Shown piece by piece: positions 12,401-24,400 of a stretch of 64,000 nucleotides of DNA. The notes under the pieces were generated by a model, which saw nothing but the letters and a program-made list of their open reading frames with translations, searched no databases and was not told the origin of the DNA. Both the position numbers and the translations under genes were made by a program. Origin of the DNA: Phoronis australis (taxonomy: Eukaryota; Animalia; Phoronida); assembly GCA_002633005.1 (NCBI GenBank), contig NMRA01000030.1, forward strand, positions 381,980 through 445,979, in the 5' to 3' direction. The number at the start of each line of letters is the position of its first letter. The stretch's first letter is position 1.

Positions 12401-15400
12401 GGACAGAGTGTCTTGAATGAGTTGCCATGAATACCTGATCCATGAACAGAACAGAGTGGCTTGAATGAGTTGCCATGGATACCTGATCCATGAACAGAAC
12501 AGAGTGGATTGAATGCGTCACCATTGATATCATGCTCACTATGCCTGTGGTGAATTGTGTGATGTTCGTGAAGATTCGGATCTTATTTTCAATTTAGGAC
12601 ACAATATGGCGAAGAAGGGAAATTTTTATTCTCATATTTTCATAAAGACGTCTAGCATCAAATTCATGGTTTACCATGTTTATGTTCTGTACCAGAGAAT
12701 ATTTTTGAAAAACAAATAAATGTTAAAAGATCTTGAAAACAAAAAATGCTAAGTTTGGCAATTTTGTCCAAGATTGGGGAGATTTTACGGTGGTTTAATT
12801 ACTTTAATTGCTAATTTTGTCCAATTATATTATGCAGAAGCAATGTCTCTGAACAAGAGATACTCAACCAGCGACTGAAAGAGAGGCTTTCAGGTAGTAA
12901 AATGACCTCAAGTCCAAGGAACGGGACATCTCCAATCAGTAGCTCCCCCTATCGAAGAAGAACAAGCTCTAGATTACCGATACTGACTACAGAAACACAG
13001 TGGAAACTGTCACTCGATGAAACATACAATGCAGCTTTAAAAGAGGAATTCTACTTTGAATATGTAAGCTTCATTGTTGTATTTTATTTAAGAAATGTTG
13101 ATTTTACTAATTCCATTGTCTGCCATAAGTGAGTTGAGGAAGATTTCATGTTTCGCGTGATATACCTTGAAGGACCTTTTACATGGTGTCTAAGATACTA
13201 AGACGTTGTCAGAATGGCAGTAACTGAAAAATCAAGTACAAGATAGAATATTGTTGAGGCCAAGCAACGAACACGTCATGCCTTCAACATAAACAGTGAC
13301 CTTGATCAGTGTGATATTCATTTGACTTTTTGCTTTTAAATTAGTTTGTCAAGTCAGCGGATATGTTGCCTAAACATCATCACATGGTATGTGTGATTTG
13401 CAGAGAGTCACCATTCCGCAGTACTATTACAGAATAGCTGAGTAATGGTTGTTTTTAGTGCATCCAACTGTCATTTGACTTGTTCAATGGCCAGTGTATT
13501 CCTTCAGTAATGCACTATGTGTTACTTGCACAAGTCACAGTACACAACATCCAGACAGCTTCTGCATGATTGTCTTCGGTTTTTCCAATTTCTCATTACT
13601 TTATTGGCGCTGTTGATTTTCTCTCGTCAACTGACTCGTTTTAGGTCGTTTTATTTGCAACATTCTCAAAATAGCTTTATCATTGAAGCACTTTTGGTTC
13701 AGAAATGTGTAATTATTCCTTTGGCAGGAATTAGCATTACATAAAACTGTAGCCATGACTTAAGTTTTCTTGTCAGTGTCTTGCATTCAAAGCGGCTTTA
13801 TGTTGCTTTGTATTAGATTGCCGTTTGTTTACCTGAAGCTCTGACAACCATTGTGTCACAATTTTATTTTCCTCAGAATAAAATCATAGTCTGCAATCTT
13901 GCATCAGTCTACCTATTATGCAATAATGGGTTGTTTTATCAAAAAACGAGTTTACCATGCATGGAATATATCTTCATTATTTCAAGTGGTGATAATCTGT
14001 TTATGAACTGAAGACAGACAATTGTTCTAAATATGAATGCCTCATATTTTTCAAAGTCATTGTGCATGTATTTCTGACCATGTCTCTCTGTTCCAGTCAC
14101 CCAGTATATCCTTGTGTTTGTCTCTACTGGAGCTCCATAGTAACCAGGCAGAATGTGGCTCGCACATGTTAATTTTATGTGATGATCTATCCAAGCAACT
14201 CGGCACGTCCAGCAGACAGATGGATGTGGATTATAATCTTGTCATTAGGTAGGTTACTCATTCAAGTGCTTCTTAATGGATGGCTACACTACCAGGCCAG
14301 TATGGTCTGTGGTACAGTCCATCACAACTATTTCTGGGTTTTGTGCTGGTACTTGTGATGTAAACTCAATCCAGGTTACACATCCATCCACTTATAGTTT
14401 GATACAAACTTCCTCTGTGGACCAGTAGAACTGTGGACCATTAGAACTGGTCCAATGGTTTTAGAATAAGATTGATAAACTTATTTTTCACTGAAATCGT
14501 ATACATTTGGTGTTCTCTTCTAAGTACAGTTGGAATGTACGTTGTCCACATTTGTTATCTCATTGTCATGTAAAATTTGACTTAATTAACTGCTGCATAC
14601 ACCTGTTACAAAAGATTTGGATAGACTGTTAGTAGTATTCCACAGTAAATAAAAGACAATTAGCAGCACCTGAACTAAGGTATTGTGCTGTGGTCAACGA
14701 AAGATGCACATGGTCTTTAATTTGCTGTAAAAGTTATGTTGTAATTTCCAGTATGATGAAATACCTGCTCTTCAATGCCAAAGTCAAGTTCCTGAAATCT
14801 GGTTTCGCTCAAGGTTTGGAGCAGTGCGATCGTTATCAGTCGAGAGTTGACATACTCAAACTTCTACTATCAGCTAATTGTAAGATTGTCCCATCCATAG
14901 AAGAACTATCCAAGCTGGACACTGTTCGGTGAGTAGAATTTTTTTGTATTGCTGTGGGTAGTTCTTTTACAGTGGGTAGCATTATACAGTATTACCTATG
15001 ATCATTGGATAATTCCGACAAATGTAGTCATGCCACGCCCACTATAGTTACTATTGCTACAGTCACACAAGTTCAAAGTCAATACAGCGCAAGTCAACAA
15101 AACAACTCCAGCAACAGGTTCTCACCATATTTCACTGAAACGTATCATATAGATGTGCGTTATCAAAATGTGTCCTGAGGAATCAAACAACTTTTGGAGG
15201 CATCAGGTATCCATTATACCAAGCCTTTAAGCCCAGTCATAGATTATGTCAACCCATTGTCACATCAGTATATCCATTATACCAAACCTTTAATCCCAGT
15301 TATATAGCATGCCAGCTCATTGTCACACCAGTGCATTGATGATACCAAGCCTTTGAGCCTAGTCATAGATTATGAGCCTATTGTCACATCATGCTTTATT

Positions 15401-18400
15401 GTTCAAAGATGTCTGATCTATGACAGACAGATACAGTACGGTATAGCTGTTTCACATTGCACCCTTATGTTCAGTGACACGACTAGGTCCTCCAAATGAT
15501 GGTGAGAAAAACTATCTCCATGCAGTTTGACTTGACTTTTTTGAAAGAATTTTGAGGTCTAGTTTTAGTAATCAGAAAGTGTCTTGGGTTGTCGACTGGG
15601 CCACGTTTGTGGCCATATGTGTTGTGGTCATATGTGTTGTGGTCTTATGTGTTGTGGCCATATGTGTTGTGGTCATATGTGTTGTGGTCATATGTGTTGT
15701 GGTCATATGTTTTGTCATTTGAATATGTTCCAAATGTGTAACTGGAAAAAATGCTTCCTGAAACATGAAGGATTATTTCTTTCACTACGAGTTTGTTTAT
15801 TGAGGCATTTATTCGACTGATTGTTAAGTCTGATACATACTGTCATCAGTGACAGGCACTTGTCCCCATTCCTTGCTCAATATCATTGATCTGTCACAAG
15901 TTCACCTTCAGTCAAACATACATTTTCATTTCAAGCCAATTTTTGTGGAACAAAGATGGCAGACTATAGCTGTGTTTACATTTTTCAATGCCTTAATTGC
16001 TTGAAATTACTAGCTTGGTTGGCGTTTTTGAACTATCCATAAATGTCCTTCATGGTGTCTCAAAACACACATCTTTTTTCTATTGTTTTATTGTCGCAAA
16101 CCAACTCATCAGAGGCAGGAGTCACTTTCTCGTGACCACATACCCAAGCTTCCTATAATGTGTTTGTTGTTGTCAAAGAACTGTGAGTGACATGATTAGA
16201 CTCTTCCCACTGACCACATGGAGAAGAATAAGTGGAGACTGTTCTGTCTGTTTGTCTCACTCAATGAAATGTTTTGTTTGACCACCTGTATACACAACCA
16301 AGAGATGGTGAATTCAGTGCCCTGTCTTAAAAACCATTGTTTCCAAGACCTTAGTAGAGGGTGTATAAGGCCTGTTCAAGCCTTCATTAACATTGGTCCT
16401 TATCTTTATGAAGGTGACGGTGGATGTCGTCCACTGTACTGGCACAAACCTACCTATCTTAAATAGCCGTTTTCATCAATTAGTTTGTTATTTAACTAGT
16501 TAATGGCATCCGGCACATTGTGTAAGATCCAGCTAAAAGAATACCAGACAACTGTTATTTCATCCCATAAACATGATCATTCATAGCTGACCATGAAGCC
16601 AGTTCCATCAAATGTCTCTGTAAATCTGCCATCAATCCATTCACTCTGTTCAACAGTCAGATATTTCTTCCACACTCCTGACTTTCCCTCCCGCAGCAGT
16701 CTAGACTTGGATGTATCCAGCAAGCTACTGTCTATTGGTGCCAGACTCGGACACTTTTTCATGTTTTCAAAACTGCTGACCCTGGCGATGCTCTCCATGA
16801 CCTCTGACCCTAGTGGGTGACCCATGAACTCGGCCAATCTGCTTACCTCTCTTTTCAGGTCTTTCTGCATGTCTTCGTACTGTATAACCAGCATTGGTAT
16901 CTCATGCCTGTGCTTCCACCAGGTGTGGTAAAACCTGAAGTAGTCCCCTCCCCCGTACCCCAGCCCCCATCGGCTGCAGAACCGCTGCACGAATGTGTTC
17001 AGTGTACCATCGAATGGATTGATCTTAAGGGCGGACCAAAACCTGTACATGCTGAAAACATGGTCCTTGGGATTCCTGACCACAAGGACGACCTTGACCT
17101 TGCCCTGCCTAACCGTTTCTGGCATGTTCTCCCAGTGTAAGTGGGTATTGAAGAGACGAGGAGCCTTTTTGTTTTTCCAACGTTCCAGTTGTTGCTCAGT
17201 TGTTTCCTTTTTGGGTTGGCCAAATAAAATGGTGGGGAATTCCAAGTATTCAATTTGGTTACCAATGTACTGGCTTCTCACACATTCATGGTCTCCATTC
17301 GACTGTATATGAGCCATAATGTACTTCAGCCAATGGGTGCCACACTTGGCGAAACCAACCAATAGTATCTCAGTATCTCACATGTCTAAGTTTGGTACTG
17401 AGCTGTGAACGCGATCTTCATCGAAGGCAGTTTTCTTGAATACGATGCCATCGATGACGAAGTGGTCAAATTCTGGTGTTTCCTGAAAAAATTTGTTAAA
17501 TATAAGCTGCTAAAATGAATAGTTTGATAAGAAGAGTTCGTTTATAGACCTTTTGCGAAGTATGAAGTATCGTGGATTTTGTCCTAATTCCCCAATTGAT
17601 GGAGCTTGACGTTCACCTAAGTTACAAATGTCCCTGATGAACAGGAAAATTTGTAATCTGACCCAAAATTTTGACGATTTTTGTTGTTCAAATTATTAGA
17701 AGTCAGTTTCGCAATAATGTGTAGACTTGTGTTAAGAATACATAACTGGCAGCAGGTGGATAAAAGAAGATGGAAAGTTTTGCATTGGCAGTCACCAAGT
17801 TATTCTGAAGACACCATGACTGTAGATTACTCTGTGAATAGACACACAAACTTACACAAGAACTTGAAATATTTTGTAGATCGGACTGACAAATTTTTAG
17901 TTCTTTCAAGCATTCAATAATTTCTTTCAAATATTCAAGGCCATAGACCCTAAGTACTATTTCTAACAAAATAATACTACTACTTCACAGCCATGGTTAC
18001 AAACATTTCTTTATACATGAGGACTCTTGCTCACCTGAGGAGAAAATGTGCTTAAGCTTTCCCTTCTAAAATACAAATTTTTTGGATAAGGGGAAAAATC
18101 CCATCCCCAGTCGCTTCCATTGTCATCTTCTTCCCACCTTCTGGTCATCACCAAGACCTCAGGTTTCCCTGCCCTGTCACAAGTAGTCAAAACTAATGTT
18201 TCGTGTTCTTTCAAAAGTTGCTTTCCCATTAGAGGCGAAACTTTGCTTTCATCGAAGTTTCGGTGAGTGGAAAGATTAACTCTTGTAGTAAATCTGCAGG
18301 TGAAACTTCACTTAAAATGGTAGGATGTAAAAGCAAAGCTTCGGTACTCACTGAAACTTCAGTGTAGTGGGAATACTCAAAGCAAAGCTTCATCGAAGTT

Positions 18401-21400
18401 ATCGGTAGAGGTCGCGGCAACGATATATGATCATGCAATATTCCCAGAACGGGTTCTTATTGCTCTGTAGCTGACGTGCTCTCAATAGACAGACGTAAAT
18501 AAATAAAAGAAAGCATATCTGAGGAAGAATGACACTGATCATTTTCATAAACACTCATAAAAGGCAGGAGAACATTTTTAGTTAGCCTCGAACCCACTAT
18601 TCAATATTCGTTTGAGAGTACGAATGAACTGAGTTGTCTGTTGTCATAGCGATAGTTTCGATATCGCTGTTAAGTGGGAAAGGTAAGTGAAGTTTCGGTG
18701 AAGTTTAGACAAAACTTTAGTAAACTGAAGTTCCCCTAATGGGAAAGCGACCTTTGACACTGCTTAGAGCAGACGACCCTAGAATTCTGTCCGTGAGGAC
18801 TTTTCTGGTTGTAGGGATGTCGGGAAGTGAACTCAGGACTCCCATGAATGAATTTCTGTGCTCAATACTTTGTGATAACCCATGCACTCGTGATAAACTA
18901 ATCCTCATTCTGTTCTGTAAGTCAAAGCTGTAAACATTGAAATCATAACTAGTGAGGATTGTTGCATTACTAAAACCTTCTGACTCGGAGGGTCGTGTAA
19001 GTTTGAGGTGATTCTAACGGCGAAGAGAATAATTCTTTGGAGGGGAATTTTTGGGTCTGATGAATGTAATTTCCCACGCTTTTTAAGTATTTGTCAGGAT
19101 CTAATATTCAGTCCAAAATTGGTACATCGAGGGTCCAGTCATCTGACACTGTGCTTAACATGATGTGTAGAGTAAAATGACAGTCATAGCTACTCAAACC
19201 TTCCAGTGTAGAGTAAAATGACAGTCATAGCTACTCAAACCTTCCAGACAGTGTAGAGTAAAATGACAGTCATAGCTACTCAAACCTTCCAGTGTACAGT
19301 AAAATGACAGTCATAGCTACTCAAACCTTCCAGTGTAGAGTAAAATGACAGTCAAAGCTACTCAAACCTTCCAGTGTAGAGTAAAATGACAGTCATAGCT
19401 ACTCAAACCTTCCAGTGTAGAGTAAAATGACAGTCATAGCTACTCAAACCTTTCACTGTTGTTTGCTTGACACGTGTGGAGTTGAGTGACTGTTGTGATT
19501 CCCCTTGATGTGTAGACTGGTGCACTTCTTACCTGATTTGAAGTGATTTGATGTTGTGCATGAACCTGTGTGAAATGACCCTATTATGTCATCTTTTACT
19601 ATCAAAATCTAGTTAGCTGTCAAAGTAAACAAACACAACTGCAACACCTTGTCTGGTCCCAAGTCACTAGAAGAAACTATTGTTTTGCAGTGGATGTAGG
19701 AAACTTAACTGTAACCAATTTAGTGTAGTTACTTAATACCTAGTACCAAAAGTTTTTTATAACCAGCAGTGGCTTCAAACTTCCATTTCCTTACCTAGTA
19801 CCAAAAGTTTTTTATAACCAGCAGTGGCTTCAAACTTCCATTTTCTTCACCTGATTCCTAAAACTTAGCTGTCTCTTTGATTCCTATTGGTTGGTACATA
19901 GGGCCTTAACATTCAGTCTTTTCCCTGCTTTACGCTCACATTCATATGAGCCAGCTTCCATGTTTATTTTTGTTCGAAGACAACAAAACTTATTCCGTGA
20001 TATGACCTTACCTCAGCCATAGTTTTTCCTGGACTCATATCCTTTGTGTCTGTCTGTGTGGATGACCTAGATATCTTAAGACTTTGGTACACAAAGGTCA
20101 TTTACCATCAATCTTTGCATGTGTGCACCCTTGGCCTTGTATAAAAAATGTCAGTCTTATCAACTGAATTATCTTACCCTCATGGTTTGTTTTTATGTCT
20201 GTAACGGACGGACATTGTTCTTAGATACATCATACAACTTGTGAGTTGTTAGACACTAACTTCCTTAGCTGCCAACCAGGGATGACAACACAGTTTTGCG
20301 GACTACTGATGGTACTGCCATCTCCAGCATCACCAGCAGCAATAGGCCATCGGGTAGTGTCTGTTGGACAGTCGGCCAGAGTGTCTGAAGCAATAGTTTC
20401 CAAGCTCTAGTCCAATTCCAGCAAGATGCCCATTCTGTAGCACATTGAAGGCTCTTGTTTGTCTTCCTAATGTCACACCTACTACTGAGTCCAATCTGGG
20501 CTAATAGAGATGACGTTGGTCAGGCAACAAAACCACAGCACCCATCCTCCACGGGCAGAACATGATGGCTCCAACTTCTCTCCTCACATTGCTATCTTAA
20601 TGACTCGTACCATGTTTACTTCCTTTCGTATGCATATTCCATGTTCCCCTCCCACTCAACTATCAGCTCCATCAACAGTACTTCTTTCAAAAAACCGACC
20701 AAATGACAATATCTGGGCTTTCATTGGTAATATGGTCAGGGAATCAAAGAGCTGATCCAAAGTCAGTTCTGATCTGCCAGTCACTGACATCACACAACAG
20801 CTTCAGTTGTCTTCCTGGCCTATTTGCACCTGAATGAGACTTTCCCTTGCAAATGAATTGCATACACTGGCGGTCATATTGCTGGTTTTACAATACGGTG
20901 AGCTATCTGCGACTCTTACAGGACCTCCTAGAGTTGGGAAAATCACTGATGTGGTCAAAAATTCTTGTCATTTTTCATTTCTCTCGTTTAGACGTCTCCG
21001 TGACAAACTCATCGAAGATGAGAGACTATCCGTTGCCATGGAGATCTCTACAAAGTCGGGTCTTGACCCTTCAGGAGTATGGGCTGCGTGGGGTTTTGCC
21101 TGTCTCAAGTCAGGTGATTACACAGGGGCTAGAGAGAAGTTTGCCAGGTGCTTAAAGGTAAGATTCTGTTGAGGAGTTGTACACAAAGAAGTTGCTACAT
21201 GTTGCGAAAAAGTACATTTTTCATAGAGCGTGACGATGTTGAGCAGGTAAAATTCACTTGCTACATCTTGACACGTCAGTTACCACGTCAGTTACCACGT
21301 CAGTTACCACGTCAGTTACCACATCAGTTACCTTCAGTTGGTAACATTTTCAAATTTGTATACGAGTTTTTTATTTGTTTTTCAATCCTCTGAAAGTCAA

Positions 21401-24400
21401 TGTTCTTTAAGGCCAGTACACCTTAATTAATCATTATCATGTCAATGAATTTACAAGAAATGAAGTTTACTTGTAGAATTAAGAAAACGGTTTTGAACTT
21501 TGTTTGTAAGGTAGTAAATGAGGGCAGAATTGACCATAGCAAGTTGATGGTCGACCAGGTCATCAGTTGTGACTGCGTCACTTATTTTTGACCCCACACC
21601 TGGCTACTCACATAATCACATCACAAATAATAGACACCCTGTCACTCAACACCAATTTTATACCAGTCCTTCAATTTCCTTGTAATTGTACTCTTTTGGA
21701 AATAACCTGGTAGTGGCAGATGGGAGGTAACAACAATTAAAATCACTGAAATGCAGTTGACTTGGCTGCTGTCTTATAAAAACATGCAAATGAAAAACGG
21801 GTAAAAATTCAAGGAACAGAAAAGGGTAGACTAATACTAAATTGCACAAGATGACTACAAATTCCAACAATTGAATGAATTCAGTAACGCTAAGCTTCAC
21901 CAACATGTCGTGGGCATCTTCTCCTTTTGGAGGAAAAATGACTTGATATGATGATAAGTGGATTGTTTCCTAGAAATCACATAGAAAGCAACTGGAAAAT
22001 AAAACATCAATTCGAGCCTTTTAGCGCCCTTAGTGACAATAATATAACCAGTGTTCAACTTTGCAGGCACCAGTTGACAGGAATGTGAGTCAGTCTGTGT
22101 CGAAATTACTCAGTGATATTGTAAGCTGTTTGGAAGCAATGCCTTTAGCTGGAACCAGAAGTGTGCAGACGCTGTTGGCGCCACTAAAGTCCATTAATTC
22201 TCTGCTGGCTGAACTTCCCACTGTAAGTGTGTCGGATAAAAGGTGGCTGAATTTACCTCATTCTGTAAATTGATAGCTAAACATCCTACCATAACGTGTT
22301 CAACCAGTTGACTCTTACTTGAGTCTTTGAATGTCTTCATGTTCTATTTATTGCCTGAAAATTAAAACAAAAAAATTTGAGAAAATGAAGATTCGTGTGT
22401 TTTGCAAATTGCTATAGACATTAATTTGTTATTATAATGCTTGTGAAATATTTTAATTACTTTCATTGCTTTTCTATGTCATGCTTATGTCTTGGAGTTG
22501 ATTCTGGTTTTATATTTCACAAAGAAGTCTGACCCAGCTTCATCACAATTAAATTAGTTTAAGACAATCCCCCATATTGTCTTACCTGTGTACACCTGCT
22601 AATTTTACTCATCATGTTTTCGCTGTTTAATTTTTTTTTTGGTAACTGTGTCATGTATTTAGGTCAAGTAGCTTATTAGAAGCTATGCATTTTTTCATTT
22701 GTATGAAAGTTTCTCTATAGGTTCAGATGTGTATTCCTTGTACTGATATCTGTTTTAAATTCAATGTCTTGCCTTTTTAGGTGAACTTAGAAGAAACCAA
22801 TTTAGACTTGCCTCAGCTGAAGGAGTGTGTTCACTACCTTAAAACATATGGAAATTACCTGGCCATGGTCAACTTCTACCGTCGCCATGGATACTGGATG
22901 AAAGCAGCCCAGTACATTCTAGATAAGGTACTTTGAGTTTTCTTTTATTTAAATAGTACATCAATACATAGTAACAAGGCTCATTTTTATGTTGTTAATT
23001 AGGTACATTGTAGTTTGAAAGAGCTAATAGTATGAATAATAATAATGTTTTCTTTTATTGTTGCAATAATTTTCTATTTTATTTACTTTGAAAACAAGCG
23101 TTGTTTTGTTGCAGATTGTATTATCTGTTCAGTGTTTATCTAGTCTAAAAACGTCCATGAATAGAGTTACATTCATGTTAAACCATAGCCATCAATATAG
23201 TGACAGTCATAATATACCGTACTAGGATTAGCAAGGATGGATCTCGTGTAACTTGTCATTTGTAGTGTACAATTCACCAAGACTTGTGTGTGAAGGATGT
23301 CATATCTTTCTGATATCTCACGAAGTATAAATTACACCAGGCTAATGCACTGCCGTGTGTAGTGATCATTCAGTATTTTGAAAGTGTACGACTATCCAAG
23401 AATTAAAGTAAATAGCCTTGAAAACTGGCGAAGGGATATTTTGGTATTATTTCCGTCTGAAATTGGCGAGGTTTTACATTATTGCATCGCTAGTTATATA
23501 TTGGTCGAGACATCAACTAAAAGTTTAATGATCCATTTCATCTGTACATGTAACTCAACTGGCTTGGTCTTGTTTTTGTAGAAGTGTTGCCCAGATATCT
23601 TTATCGAGGGTCTTCTAATACCCTCCCTGCAAACGTCAGAACTTGGTACCCTCCAGGACAACATTCTCATGATTGACACTAAACTGGAGAGGTGGATACC
23701 TTACCTGACAGCAGCGTGTCGTTATCTGAACAAGACAAGGCACATGCATGTTCTATATGAGTTTCAGCTCTTTATGAAGGTACATTGTAGTAATTGGCTG
23801 AGAGCATGCTAAGTCACTATGGTGTGATTCTCTTGAGAGTTTATTGTTGTTTGGACATTGATTGTAGATGATCTTGAGATATGAGTATGTAGTAAACCTT
23901 TATTTGGCTGAATACATGCATGATGATCATTTGAGGGCAACACTCACTCTCTCTTCTGAGGACATTATCTATCATTGAGGGTAACACTCACTCCCTCTGG
24001 TGATGATCATTTGACAGTAACACTCACTCCCTCTGGTGATGATCATTTGAGGATAACACTTACTCTCTATGGTGAGGACATTATCTTGTTGGCAAACATC
24101 AGTTAAAGATGCTACAAACCTATTTTGTGCCACAAAAATCAACTTTTGAATGAACCCTCTTACCACTATGCAGTTGTCTCTTACTCAAACTGGAGGTGGT
24201 TTCAGGGTTTCATTATTGCTTGAGACCAGGCTGTACAAGTTGGCTTGTCACGGTGTGTCGTTCTATGCGCTGGTCTTTGGGAACCCAGAAAGTACTTCTC
24301 ATCCGAGTAAGGAACAAGTTAAGACATTTTACAGTGGTAAATAGTCCAAATCAATAGTTCCTTTCTTGGGTGGACCACAAGTTTGTACCTACTTTAACAG

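Larger units (their letters stand above)
16577..20020 (-). pseudogene. Cytosolic sulfotransferase (SULT1-like) nested antisense in ZFYVE26 intron 14929-20991; one in-frame TGA (null allele, young pseudogene or sequence error)
   Basis: Main exon 17482-16577 follows a tttttcag acceptor: ETPEFDHFVIDGIVFKK...LDM*DTEILLVGFAKCGTHW (5'PSB), RLFNTHL (catalytic His), VRNPKDHVFSMY (3'PB), LREGKSGVWKKYLTVEQ. TGA at 17380-17378. A candidate start exon ATG GCT GAG|gtaagg at 20020-20012 (phase 0) gives about 304 codons; this exon is less certain. Confidence 0.85.

Noticed and set aside
15584-15820. Cys/His-rich metallothionein-like ORF (GHMCC)n, and similarly the SCLC repeat ORF at 27407-27595
   Set aside because: These are translations of intronic 15-bp and 12-bp minisatellites; there is no gene context.
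17378-17380. Selenocysteine sulfotransferase
   Set aside because: The homologous residue is Arg (CGA>TGA explains it), and no SECIS-like element was recognised downstream.
19165-19456. CRISPR-like array (also 4337-4603 and 30248-30397)
   Set aside because: Head-to-tail repeats with no unique spacers, eukaryotic context and no cas genes.
20200-20830. GC-richer stretch suspected to be a retroelement remnant
   Set aside because: No recognisable RT, endonuclease or gag motif could be read.
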